Source: Diplonema japonicum (lineage: Eukaryota; Protista; Euglenozoa: Diplonemea). Taken from it: DNA of 64,000 nt. This document shows, in pieces, positions 11,512 to 23,918 of the stretch; within the stretch, counting starts at the first letter, position 1, and the number at the start of each line of letters is the position of its first letter. The stretch is from the NCBI GenBank assembly GCA_964019335.1, contig OZ025655.1, positions 310,001-374,000 of the forward strand, in the 5' to 3' direction. Below the pieces are notes generated by a model. The model was not told where the DNA came from, searched no databases, and saw only the letters and a program-made list of their open reading frames with translations. The translations under genes were made by a program, and so were the position numbers.

Positions 11512-12093
11512 TTAACGCGTTTCTCGGAGAAGTGCGAGGGGGTGGGGCTGCAGGGGGGTCATCTTGCCAGGGAGGGGCGACGGCCGCTTGCGGAGGTCGA
11601 GGGAGTAGTTCCGCGGGCGCGGGGTGCTGTAGAGAGGGAGCGCACGGACGAAGGATACCTCTGCGTCAGACACACGCGGGGGGTCGGGGAGCGGTGGGGT
11701 CACCTTCTTCGTCTTGGTCATCCGCAGATGAGAGGTGAGTGTGTGGTGCACAGGAAGCCACGAGTCCTTGGGTCTGCACCTTCGGAGGTTAACAATCGGC
11801 TCGCAGGGGCTTTCTGGTCGGAGCGCAGCATGTGCCTTCAGTTCTCGCAGATCGCATTCCCACTTCAAGCTGAATAGCCTGCCATGTAGATCCTTCCTCT
11901 TCCGCTTCTCCCATGTCCTTCTCATGCAGTCTTTCCTCTCTATCTGCTCCAGTATCAGTAGCCTTAGCCGGTCCCTCTCTTTGCTAACCCCTTTGTCCGG
12001 AAGCTCCGCAAGCACCGGACTCTTGCAGCATTTCCTGCCCCCTCCCACAGGGCTGAACTGTTCTACAACCTCTTGAACGACTGTTTGCATCAT
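11512..12093 (-). CDS. Hypothetical protein
   Basis: ORF MMQTVVQE... after an A-rich leader, coding-like composition. Confidence 0.6.
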   Translation of the reverse strand: MMQTVVQEVVEQFSPVGGGRKCCKSPVLAELPDKGVSKERDRLRLLILEQIERKDCMRRTWEKRKRKDLHGRLFSLKWECDLRELKAHAALRPESPCEPIVNLRRCRPKDSWLPVHHTLTSHLRMTKTKKVTPPLPDPPRVSDAEVSFVRALPLYSTPRPRNYSLDLRKRPSPLPGKMTPLQPHPLALLRETR

Positions 12094-12351
12094 CTTTTTC
12101 TTTTCCTGCCCCGTCTTTCTTTTAAACATAAGTAACCAGAAACTAAGAATGGAAAAATATAAGTATGATAATGTCGAAGTGAGGGGAGAAGAAAGGGGGG
12201 GGGGTGCTTTTTTTAAAAACAAAAGAAAAAGGGGAGAAAAAGGGGGAGGGGGTGATGGGCATTTTCTTTTCTTTCCTCAAAAGAAAAAGTGATAAAAAAA
12301 AATCTTGTGAAAAAAAAAAATCATGAAGGGAAGAGGGTAGTACTTGAAATC

Positions 12352-13805
12352 TCAGTTTTCGCCGAAAGTGTTTTCCGCCTTTTTCCATTGTTTGATTTGC
12401 TGCCTCTTTGCTCGGCTGACTGCTTTCCTTTTCTTGGGTGCCTCGAGCTGCTCTTCAGGGGGGAACTCGTTTTCACCAGCATCCTCCTCGTCTCCTTGTT
12501 CGTAGCCTTCGTTCTCTTCATCGTAATCCTCATCCATATCCTCGCCTTCAGCGGGTTCTTCAAAGTCCACCTTGCGCCTTTTAGTGTCTTGTTCAAAAGC
12601 TTCCTCATCACCAATGACCTCGAAATCTTCGTCCTCTTCACCTTTCTTCCTGTTGGCCTCCGCTTTTCTCTTTCTTTCCTCTTCTTTCTTCGTCTTCGCC
12701 TCGTCTTTCACAGCTTGCTTTTTTGCAACGTTGGAGTCCTGCTCCTTCTTTCGCATTCTGAGAAGTTATTCTTTTATTTTATTTTTTTTATTGTGTCATA
12801 CTGTTTGAGCCTGTCCCTCATCTTTACCCTCTTTGCAGTTTCAGCCGCTTCTTCTGGGGTCTTGGAGAAGAGTTTGTGGTAAATGGTCTCGCCCTCCCAG
12901 AACCCGGTTTCGACCTTTAATAGCGAAAGCGTCATACGGGGACCAATCTCCGTGAGTTTTATTTTCGTCTTGGTGCCGCTGGATAGTTTGCGGAACTTCT
13001 GTGCGATCTCCACCTCCTCCCCTTCACCGTCCGTGTCGGAGAGGTAGTCCCCACCCTTTTTATTTATTCATTTTTATTTATTCAAAAAAAAAAAAAATAC
13101 CTTTGTGAAGACGTCTTCAATGGCGCCGATTTCACCGAGTCTCTTGGGGACAATTCCTTTCGAGAGTTTCTTTGCTGCGGTGGACAGGCCTGCTGTCCTG
13201 GCAAGGATGCCGTAGTGTCGTATCTCCACCACATCGTGTTGCTTGTTGTAGTTCACGAGAACGATGCGGTGGCAGTGAGCTAGTTTGAAATTGTCGACTT
13301 GTATGTTAGGGAACATCCCTTGGATGGTGGTCATGATCAGCTTGTGATGGTTTGAAGTGTTGTTGAACTGGTTGAAGACGACGAGCGGCGGTTTTGCAAA
13401 GGAATTCGAGTCGCTGACGTTGTGCGGCCTGCGTGATTCCTTTTGTATGTCTGAGCGGAGCTTGAAAGACTCCAACCTGAAGGTCAACGTGGGCCCCTGA
13501 GGGGACTTCAAAATTTTGAAATTCGTGCCGGAGGGTGTGCAGGAGAACACATGGACCGTGCTGCAACCGAAGTGCTTTGCAAGGTCCTTCACGTCCTTGA
13601 TTTTGTTTTTTTTGACAATCTTCAGCTTGTCCGCTGTGAAGGGGAGCATCACCTCCCTCCATTCCCTCATCAGCGTGTTGACCTCGTTCCCCACCTTCCC
13701 CTTGCAGAACACCAAACTCTTGGGCGCATCAAGCTTTTTTTTTTCCTCCTCGAGCGAGATTTGATGAGTCCGCCTTTTGACTCGTTTCCCCTTCTTGTAC
13801 GGCAT
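12352..13805 (-). CDS. PPAN: Peter Pan/Ssf1 Brix-domain ribosome biogenesis protein; introns 13056-13100 and 12758-12801
   Basis: Motifs REVMLPFTADKL, PQGPTLTF, IQGMFP, VEIRHYGI, IKLTEIGPRMTLSLLKVETG; two introns join three ORFs in frame; acidic tail. Confidence 0.9.
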
Positions 13806-14327
13806 TTTTTTTTTTTTTTTTTGTATACTGACACATGATGTGGAACAGGGGGCTGGGGGGGGGGGGGGGGGGGGGGGAGGGCAAAGAAGAAAGAATAAAC
13901 ACTATTTGTTGATATTTCGTTTAAAGAAAGTACGGAAAGACAAAAAGAAGAAGAAGAAGAAGAAGAAGAAAAGAAAGACAAAAAAAGGAACTGGCTGTTG
14001 CTGCAGTTCCTTCCCCCCCTTTTCTTTTTCTTTTGTAGACAAAGTGTAAAGACTCGTTCTTGAATGAAACGAGCTTACCCTGTCTAAAGAAAAAAAGAGA
14101 AAAAAACAGCTTACTAAGTAAACACAGCACGAGATGCAAAGCGTTGTTGTGTAACCTTTTATGGAGATCCACTCATTGCTTTCTTTTCTTTATGGATCGG
14201 AAATGACAACAGGAGAGAGAGAGAGAGAAAAACAAAACAGGCTTTCCTTAGGATTGAGAATTTATTTTCTTGTGGTTTATTACGTTTCCCCTTCTGCTTA
14301 CTTTCATATTCTAGAACAATTTTTAAA

Positions 14328-15641
14328 GGGTAGAGTCTTAACTCGACCCCTAAGTTTCTGAAACGCTCAAATTCCGCCCCCTAGATTTCCAAAATGCTCA
14401 AAGTCCACCCCCTAGGTTTCCGAAATGCTCAAAGTCCACCCCCTAAGTCTTCAAAACGCTCAAATCCCGCCCCCTAAGTTTCCAAAGTGTTCAAAGTCCG
14501 CCCCCTCAGGTTTTCAAATGCCCTAACTAGGCCCCTACGGTGGGAAACCGCTCAAAGTCAACCCCTTAGTTTTCAAAATGCTCAAAAAAAACCCCCTATT
14601 AATGCTCAACAAGGTTGTGCGCATGCATGTTCCTTAACAATAGGCAACTTGAAAGGAAAAGAAAAAGACAGCCCGGGTAACCAAGGCTACTTCTTAGAGG
14701 GCTGCGTCGAAGGTGTCTTCCTGTGTAAAAGATTACAGCATTTAAAAGAAAACCTTTGCTTCTTCTTGGAGGATCAGGAGAGGTTGGTGCACGTCGAAAT
14801 CTTGTGGCCAAGAACACCGCAACGACTGCAGGCATTCTTCCTTTCGCTCTTGCTGGGGATCCTCTTCTTTTTCCTCCCTACACCTTTCTTGAAAATGGGC
14901 GGTAAAGTGCCGTCTTCGGCCCAGGTATTTTGGGCTGGAGGGAGGAGGATACCCGCGTATGCAAGCCGATGAAAGCCACATCGAAGAAATGGGGCAACCA
15001 TGCCAAGAACATCGATGCTCTCTTTTGAGCAGGCTGTACAGAGATGCGCAAGGAAGCCCTTCTCTCCTGAAGAGAGGGCAAGAGCAGCTCTGCTTTAGCG
15101 TCACGATGAACGTCCCTCTGAGGTCGACTTGGTGCTTCCCGTCGGTGTAAACTCCAAAACAGCAGGTGGGGAAGTGCAAGTCAGCCCATTTGGTGGGGTC
15201 AATGGCTCTCAGGTACTCTGCCACTTCTTCATCGAACTATAAAAAAAAAAAAAAAAAAAAAAAGAAAGAAATAAATATAATGATGGGGAAAAGAGCTGTA
15301 GGAAATGTTGGGGTGAAAAAATGTTGTTGAGCATTTATGAAACATCGGGGGCCCAGGTTGGGCATTTTCGAAACCTAGGGGTCCGGATTTGAACATTTTG
15401 AAAACCAAGGGGGTCTACTTTGAGCATTTATGAAACTAAGGGGACCGAATTCACGCATTTTAAAACTTAGGGTTTAGTATGAGTTTTTTTGAAGATTTGG
15501 GGTACTACAGAGATTTAAGAAACCTTGGGGACCGGATCAGAAATCTTTTCCTCCTTAAAGATAGACCTTGAACATTTCTCAAACTAAGGGGGTGGATTTT
15601 GAGCATTTCTCGAACTTAGGGGTCAAGTTAGAAGTTTTCTC
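14328..15641 (-). mobile_element. Non-autonomous Mutator-like (MULE) foldback element with long TIRs built from ~31-bp subrepeats and a 9-bp TSD
   Basis: TSD ATTTTTAAA at 14319-14327 and 15642-15650; ends GGGTAGAGTCTTAACTCGACCCCTAAG and (reverse complement) GAGAAAACTTCTAACTTGACCCCTAAG; tandem CCCCTARGTTT..AAATGCTCAAA units at ~14345-14610, inverted at ~15320-15630. Confidence 0.9.
14750..15236 (-). pseudogene. Internally deleted, frameshifted MuDR/MULE transposase fragment
   Basis: EYLRAIDPTKW..F...FGVYT (MULE segment); CSCPLFRREGLPC (SWIM-like); in another frame LLPP..GRKKKRIPS..CSRCGVLGHKISTC (zinc knuckle). Confidence 0.8.
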
Positions 15642-16083
15642 ATTTTTAAATTTAAAAAAAAAAAAATGAATGTACGTATCTTCTTTCTCCCCTCCTGCAA
15701 ACATTCTTTTTTTTCCCTGCCCTTTTTGCTGTATCAGAAGCTGTCATGTTTGCAGGAGCCGTGCACAGGAAAGCCTGAAGAAAGAAAGAAAGAAAGAAAG
15801 AAGTTTTTTTTTTAAAAAAAAAACATAAAAAGCTTCCTTTTTCAGAGTGGGACTGAGCAGCCACCACATCGGGCCAACATCTCCTGCCCCTCCGCCCCTT
15901 TAAGGGGACTAGAATGCTATGAATATGTTATTGTTTGTTCCCCCCCTTCCTAAAGGGCAAACGGGAAAAAAAAAAATATAGGTACACCGCAAAAAAAAAA
16001 AACACACAGGATTGAGAAGGGGGGGGGGGGGGGGAGACACAAACAAACAAACAAAAAAATAAAACAATACACCCTCGCTTACC

Positions 16084-16150
16084 TCATGTACCACTTCCAT
16101 CGGCAACACCAATCGTCGTCATGATGGTACCACAGATGGTGAATGTGATT

Positions 16151-16189
<39 letters not shown>

Positions 16190-17582
16190 AAAACAAACAA
16201 TTTTCTTCCTCCCCCCCACCACCCCATTCTTTCCACATACCGCAAACGACCAAGATGTACGAAATAATAAGGTTTGGCTTCTCGGGGAACAGGTTCGTAT
16301 CTTGAGAAAGTTTAATCAACAGAAGCCCGGGGAACGTAAGAATCAGAAAAACACCAAAAAGCGAACCGCTGAAATCCAAGATCACACCAATGCTGTCAGT
16401 GGCAATGGCCAGCCCGACAGAGCACGCGACTATAACGGTGGACTGAAAAATCAACTGGATCCACGGAACAGCCTCGATGTCCCTGTTCAAGAAAAGGTTC
16501 ACTGAACGCCTGCAAGCAATACAAATCAACGGGTATACAAACGCAAAATGCATAAACATCCCCAACCGCGCCACGTTGACGATGGTATCGTCCGCACCAA
16601 ACTGATGCGCGCTGGACCCGCTGCTGCTCTCAGAACTATTGCTGCCATCATCGTCACTTCCATCGTATTGTAGAATGTAAGACGGGACATCCTTCCCGAA
16701 ATGGAGATAACCCGCATAAGCGATTATGGTGTATGTCACACAGATAATCCCGATCGAGGTGAGGATGATGTTCGTCATCTTCTTCGGTGTTCTGTCTTTC
16801 AAATCCTCGTAAAAAACAGGAATGTTGTAGTGGCACCCGAACGAAACAGAAAACAACGGGATGGCCTTGAAGATGTCGGTACCCCAGTCAAACGCTTCAA
16901 CAGAAGAATCGACACTCGGCCGGCCGGACTCTGGTTTGAACAAACGGAAGACAACGACAAACAGGACATACATTATAGTTAGAAATGCAAGACATGATGT
17001 GAACTTCAGTTCAGCGAGGTTACGAGCGGACGATGCAATTGCAAAGAGAATACCTGCTATGGAAGTCCAGGTTATACGGGATTGCCAGATCCCATCAAGG
17101 TCCAACCAATCCTTTGCCAACGGTGCTAAAGATGTTCCTGTGACAGAGGCGTACGCCACGCAGCACCCGAATGTGTAAAAAACAATCACTGCTTCGACAA
17201 CTTTTCCCATTTTTGCCCCGTAGGCGCGTATCATCATTGCCTTGTAAGAGAAAGCGTCGGGTTCGTTGTTCATGTGTAAGCGGTGCGAGCATGTCATTAA
17301 GATCCACATTGCGTAGCCGCTGAGCCCGCCGACTGCATATAATAGTATAGTTCCCAGAACGAACCCTGTGTTTGCAAAGGCGAAGGGCAGCGCGAGGACG
17401 CCGCCGCCTACAACGTTTGACAGGATATTGAATATGGTCCCCCACACGGTGCCCGTCTGCTCGTGTCTCACAGCATCGGAGAGCGTTTCCGCGAGGCTGC
17501 CTCTTCTCCTGTTTCCTTGTATATCGTCGTCTTCCTCTTTGAGAAGATCCTGCCTTTCCATGTCTCTATCTTCCATATTCAT
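16084..17582 (-). CDS. Amino-acid transporter, AAAP/SLC38 (Aa_trans) family; intron 16152-16240
   Basis: Motifs FNILSNVVGGGVLALPFAF, FSVSFGCHYNIP, GYLHFG; splicing restores the last TM helix LVVCGITFTICGTIMT. Confidence 0.92.
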
Positions 17583-19822
17583 ATATTATTTCCCCCCCCC
17601 CTTTCTCTTCTTTTTTTAAGTTTGTTTAGGATACCCTCGACGTTTTTATGTTTTTTCTGGGGGGGGGGGGGCTAATGCAAAACCTCGATGGGTCAACGCA
17701 TCATCCCCCTTTGCTTTTCTAAATAAGGTCGTCAGGGGGACTGGTCCTACCACCTACATACTGGCCTGGGCTGCATTTCTGCATCTTTGTACTCCCTTGC
17801 TAGCCATGTGTTACCCCTGGAAGAAGATGCACGTTTGTGCCTTCGAACTACTCTACGAACCCATAGGTCGTATGAGACGACAAGCAGCAGAATCGGCTCG
17901 TTCGGGGCAAACCATGAGAATCGATGATTTTTTATAGCAAAAAGGAAGAAACAGGTATCCCGGGCACGGACCCTGGATAATCCCTGCCGGTTGCACAGCA
18001 ACAGCTAGACCACGAGGAAAAAAGCACTTCCAGGCAAACGTGGTGGTATGGAACAAGAAAAAGCAGGAGCTGTTACCCCATATGTAAAAAAAAAACTTCT
18101 TCCCTAGAAAAACTCCCGGACGGAAAAATGCCCGGGTTTTCTTTTTTTTTTTTTTTTTTTTTTTTGGTGTCCGGGAGTTTTTCCGTCCGACATTATTCGG
18201 TTTACAGTATGTGAAAAAAAAAAAAAAAAAAAAGAATAGAGAGGAAAAAGAGAGGGGGAAAAAAAAATGAAAAGAAGGAAAAAAAAAAAGAAAAAGAAAA
18301 AAGGAAACAAGAAATGGAGAAAGGGAAAAAAAATAAAGGGAGGGAGGGGGGTAAAAAAATATTATAATAGTGGGGGGGGTGTCGTGACAAGAAATGAGAA
18401 AAGTAGGGGGGGGGGGTGAACCTTTTTTAATTTCTTTCTTTTTTTCTCAAGGGCCTTGGTCCCCATAATCGTTTCAATGTCCTCCAACTGGCTTGTTTCC
18501 TGTCATCTGTTCCATTTTGCCCAATTCTTAAGAAAGGGGCAAGGGGAGTACAGAAAAAAAAGCATCTGAGGATCAAAATTACGTAGGTTACCTTGAAAAA
18601 GGGGGACAGGGAGGCGGCCTATGAGAAAAATGAAGACATAATATTTCTTATATAAAAAAAAAGGTATGGGGGGTTTGATTTTGTTCAATTTTCTTTTTTT
18701 TTTTTTTTAAACCGGGTTCCCTAAGAAGGGGACAGCTTTTGTTTTCTTTTTTTTTTTCAAAGATCCTTGTTCTTATCTGGGCCTAGCACTAATGCATCTC
18801 ACCACATAAGAAAAGGAAGATTGGTTGCGATAATTGTGTTGACTTTTTTTTTCTTTTTTTTTGTGTGTTTTCTTTAAAGGTTATAAAGATAACTTCCTAC
18901 CCTGTTGCTTCTCCGTTTCTTTTTTTTTTTTTTTCCCTCTTTCTATTTCGCCCTTATCGTCATCTACTTCTGCTCCCTTCCTAAAAAAAAACAAAAAAAA
19001 AAAACACAGACCTTGTGAGGAGTTTTTTAAAAACAAAATCTTTTTTTTTTGGCGAATCATCATCGTGCCAGTAAAAGCAGACGGGCCAATAACAACAACA
19101 ACAATTTAAAAAAAAAAAAAAAACAGCCTTTTTTTTCATGGAAGGGGAGCAGGAATCAGGAGAGAAGAAAGGGAGAATATGATAGGGAGGGGGCAGGGGG
19201 GAAATAAAAATGGTGACATTTTCTTTTTTGTTTTTTTTTTTTTTTTTTTTTTTTCTTTTTTTTTTTACTTTTTCCTTTTTTTTGTTGAGAATATTATTAC
19301 CTTTGATGCACCAGTTTAGGAAAATAGTGGGGGGGGGGACCATTCAGGAATACAGTGATTATAGTAAGCTAATACTTTGCCAATTCCTTTTCCTCTTTGT
19401 TTTGGATTTTATTTGCTGGGTCGTATTCCTTATCATTTTCTTTTTTTTTGGGTGCACGGGTCGAAAAAAAAATAATTTAAAATAAAAATAAAAAATGAGG
19501 GGGGAGGGGGGTGGATGTGGAAAGTAAAATATTGCTTTCCTTTCTTCCTAGGTACTTTTCTTTATTTCCCTATTTCCTTTTTCTCTTTTAAAAGTAATCA
19601 ATCAAGTTAAAAGGAACGGGGGGGGGGGGGGGGACCCAAACTTCTCGTTTTGCTTTCTCTCAAAGAGAGGGCCTGGAAAGACGTTCTTATATAAAAGAGC
19701 TCTTTTGTTCATAAAGGGGAGGGGGAGGCTTCGAATTCTAGTCGAGAAAAAAAAATAGTAAAAAGAAAATAAAACGGGGGGATAAATAACACAAATGAGG
19801 GACTATTCCCTCTTGGTTTTTC

Positions 19823-19855
<33 letters not shown>

Positions 19856-22782
19856 GAGAAATGAGGGGTAGAGGAGAAAAAGTAAACTGCGACACACTCA
19901 GAGGGTACTTGAGTGTGCCGATACCTTTTAATGTGAAAAGCGCTCGCGAAATGGGAAATTGTTATAGAGAAAAGAAAGAAAGGGAGATATAGCTGAAAGA
20001 TTGGGGAAGGGGGGGAGGGGAGGGGGGAGGAAAACTAACCCGGTATGCTGTGCGGTTGCTTTCACCTTTTTTAATAAAAAAAAAATAAGGGTATGAAAAA
20101 AAAAAATGGAAAAAAATGGTCGATATTTCGGTATTCCTCTTTTTTTTTTTTTTTTTGCCTCGTCTCCTTATTTAATGTGTTCTGTTTTGAATTGCTGTAC
20201 TGCTTGATTTCATTTCTTTTTCCTTTTTTTAAAAAAAAAAAAGAAAGATAATTCTCAAACTAAAAAGACAGACTCACTTTGAGTACACTTGTCGTTTGTG
20301 GTGAAGTAAATTAATTCGTACTACTTGCGTTGCACGGGGGGGGGGGGGGGGGGGAGAAATCCAAAAATCTCTTTTAAAAAAAAAAAGAAATCCTTACCGT
20401 TCCCCTTTCTTATAAGAAAAAAAAAAGACCCTTTTGATTTCTTTTTTTCTAAAATTCTTTCCATTCCCCTTTGGGAATTTTTTTTTTTTCTCTTTTTCTG
20501 GAAGGAAAAAAAAAATAATAAATAAAAAAAAAGAAAAATATAAAAAAAAAAAAAATACAACAACCCCCGCCAAAGATGGAGTGGGAGAGTACAACAAAAA
20601 AAGGGGAGGTGTTCTTAGCTTGAACGGGACACACCTAGAAACCTCAGGGGAAAAAAAAAAAAAAGAAAAAAAAAAGCAGGCATAAACGGAACAGCAACAG
20701 AAGATCCAAATGCGGTCAATGACCAAGAGAGAGAATTGTGTAAAGACTCCTTTTTTTCTTTTTCTTTTGAAAAGAAAAAAAAAAGAATAAAAGCCTTTTG
20801 CCTAGCGGTCGCGAACCTCAAGGCTGCAAGAGAGGAGAGAAAACGGGAAAAGGTAGAAAGAGGGAATAAAAAGAATATAAAAAAAGGGGGGTAGGGCAGA
20901 AGACTTGCGCGTGGGTGCTAAAGCCTCACTGCTTATAAAATGAAAAAAAAAAAGGGGGAGGGCATAGAAGAAAAAAAAAAGGAAAAAGAAAAGGAGAAAA
21001 CGGCAAATTAAACATTGAATTTTCACTACACATGTTGATGCAAAAAAAAAAAAGATAAAAAAAAAGGGGGATGGTGGGGATAAGAAACAGGAATTGAAGT
21101 GGGAAAAGAAATAGCTATTTTATTTGAACAAATTATGGCCATATTTTACTCAAGAACCGTGGTCAAATAAAAAATAAAAAAAAAACGGTTCGAGAGCAAA
21201 TGGCATGGCCATCTTTTGGGCAAAAAAGTAATTTTATCTAATTGTTCGTAAATTGAGTCAATCCGAGGGATTACGAAAAACGGCCTATTTTCAATTTCTC
21301 AAATTGTCAATTTTCCCCCAGGTCCAGGCAGAAGCCTTCTTCAGCACGCTTGCTATCCAGGAGCATTCTAACCATTCAAATTATAGCCCGGATTATCAAA
21401 TTAGTGAGAGGGCTGTAATCGGGTTATAGGGGGGTTGGGAGTGAAGAAATTTCCGAACTATTATTAGATAAAAGAAATAAAACTCTTTTCTTTTTTTTTT
21501 TTTTTTTTTTTTTTTGAAAACCCCTTGTTTCCATTTCATGGAATGTATATTTAAAAAAAAAAAAAAAATGACAACACGCCAGGACAAAATTCGTTAGTAG
21601 CCCGTACTTTTTCTTTTTTTTTTTTTTTTTAAAAAAAGGGCCTTGTTAGGTCAGTCTTTATTTGTGCTTTTCTTTTGTTTTCTATTACTGTAAAACCGAT
21701 GGTACAAAATGGGTACTGAAAGGGATTTCTGCAGGTCGAGAAGTTGAACATTCAGAAGGCTAAAGCCATGTATGGAGATAAACAACTTGAAGTCCTTGAC
21801 CCGCACCGTTGGCGAACCGTGCAGGCACTTTCATTACTTACGTAATTTCTGCCTAGACTAAAACTGAGAAATTCTTATCGGTATTACAGTATTTCATTTT
21901 TTTTTTCTTTTTTTTTCCCTTCTTCCCCTTCGCCTCGAGAAAAAGTTCCGTTGTATAAAAATAAAAATAAAAATAAAATAAAAACTAACAAAAAAATATA
22001 TCTCTACCTCCCCCTTCCTCCTTTCTCGACTAAATTGTTAAAACAAAAAAGTGGGCAAAGAGAATGAAGAGGAGAGAGAATAAAAAAATTTAAAAATAAA
22101 CCTTTTAAGGTCATAAATCATGTGCTAAAGCTACAGGTGTGAAGAAAGAAAAAAAAGTTTCATATGATGGGAGGTAGTGCTAGCAACCATGCCACCACAA
22201 TGAAAAAAAAAAAAAAAAAAGTGCAACTCCGCGAAGCTACTCAGCTAGTGTGTTGTCTATAATTCTTTTTGGTCTTTTTTTTGTTGTTGTTGTTTTTCTT
22301 AGAAAAGACAATTTTCACACAGCAAAAATTAATGTGTCAGCCCCGTACGGGTGCATATAAGAGGGAGAGGGGAAAATGCATTAATAATATTTTTGGTGCC
22401 GCACTAAAATACTTTTTATGTTACTTGGATGGTCAAATTGCAGTTAGATCTTTTTTTTTTTTTCTTCTTTTTCTTTTTTCCATGTTCCACCCTTTTTGTT
22501 TCCTTTTTAATTTCCTTCAAAACCTTCTACCCAACTTTGAGGAACTGGGGTGTCTGTCTACCTTTTCTTTTTTTTTTTCTTTTCCTTCTTTTTTCCCCTC
22601 ATTCAGTTCTTAAGGGTAAGGGGAGAGAGAATACGGCCTTTGCCCTATTTCCCCTTCGTTTTATGAAATTCCTTTTTTTGGGGTTTCTTTTTATTTTATG
22701 TATTATAGTTTAGAAAAGCTCAAAGGAAAAACAAGGGGGGAGAAAGATAAGAAGAAAGGGTGAAACTGGGCTAGTACTTAGG

Positions 22783-22816
<34 letters not shown>

Positions 22817-23918
22817 CCTTTCCTGGGTGTCTTTCTTTTTTTCTTTTTTTTTTCCTTTTTTTTTGCCGTGAAAATTGTTAACTTGTCGGGTGTGGGATAA
22901 AAAAAGAGGGGGGGGGGATGGGGGTAGAGAGAGGTGGAAAAGCGAAGAATATGGGAGGGATACGAGAAACAAAAAAAGTCACACTTTGAGTGAACATTTA
23001 TGAAAGAAATAAAAAAAAAAAGGAAGGGTAGTAAAGAAAAAAAAAAAAAAAAAAAAAAGGAAGAGGGAAGTGGGGACGTGAGGAAAAAAAAAAAAAAAAA
23101 AATCGTTTAACACCTGGTCCTCTTTCCATAATAAATTCAAAATATGCCACACACACCCGCAAAGCTGGGGACACGGAAGTCACGGAGGGCGAGCATCTAA
23201 AAAAGACTATTCTGGTGCTTGCTTTGTTTGAATGTGCTTACTATAAGCAGAACGGAGATATATTTTAATCCAAAAAAGAATTTATGTGAGATCAACCACT
23301 GCAATTTCAAAGCATAGTCTTTAGTAGTGACAAATATATACTGGGAGAAGACTAAAAGGAACACAAGAAGGGGCTTTTTTTCATGTAAACATGTATAAGG
23401 GAAACCTCGTGGAAGAACGTAATGGTACGGAAAAAAAATAAAACAAAAAGGCGGGGGAGGAAGGGGGAACACGAAAGACGAGAAAGAAAAAGAGAGTCAG
23501 ATTCTCCTATTTTTTTTTGTCTTCTTTCCCCCTTTTTTTCTTTTTTTTTTCTTTTTTTCTTTTTTTTTTTTTTTTTTCTGTTTCTTCCCCTCGCTCCTCT
23601 TCTTCTTTTTTTTTTTTGTTTTTTTTTTGTTTTTCCATCCTTTCCTCCTGGAAAGAATTTTTTTTTATGTCATTTCTTTTTCTTTTTTTTTTTCCGTCAA
23701 TACCTGTTCCTCCGTTTCCGTGTATAAAAAAAAATAGAGCTCACCCCTCTTTTTTTTTTTGTTGTTTTTTCTTATTTCTTCTACCGCTGCTCCCTTTTTT
23801 TTTTTTTTTTTTTTTTTTAAAATCAAGAAGATAAAAGTCCCTCCGGTATCCCGTGCCCCCAATCGGGTAGGTCTTCAACAAAAAAAGAAGGAAAAACAAC
23901 CGTCTTATCTTGCTAGGC

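Noticed and set aside
14345-14610. Regularly spaced ~31-bp repeats resembling a CRISPR array
   Set aside because: No unique spacers and no cas genes; they are the tandem subunits of a MULE TIR, mirrored at 15320-15630.
18100-23860. Many Phe- or Lys-rich ORFs in the ORF track, here and in other intergenic regions
   Set aside because: They are translations of A/T homopolymers with no coding signature.
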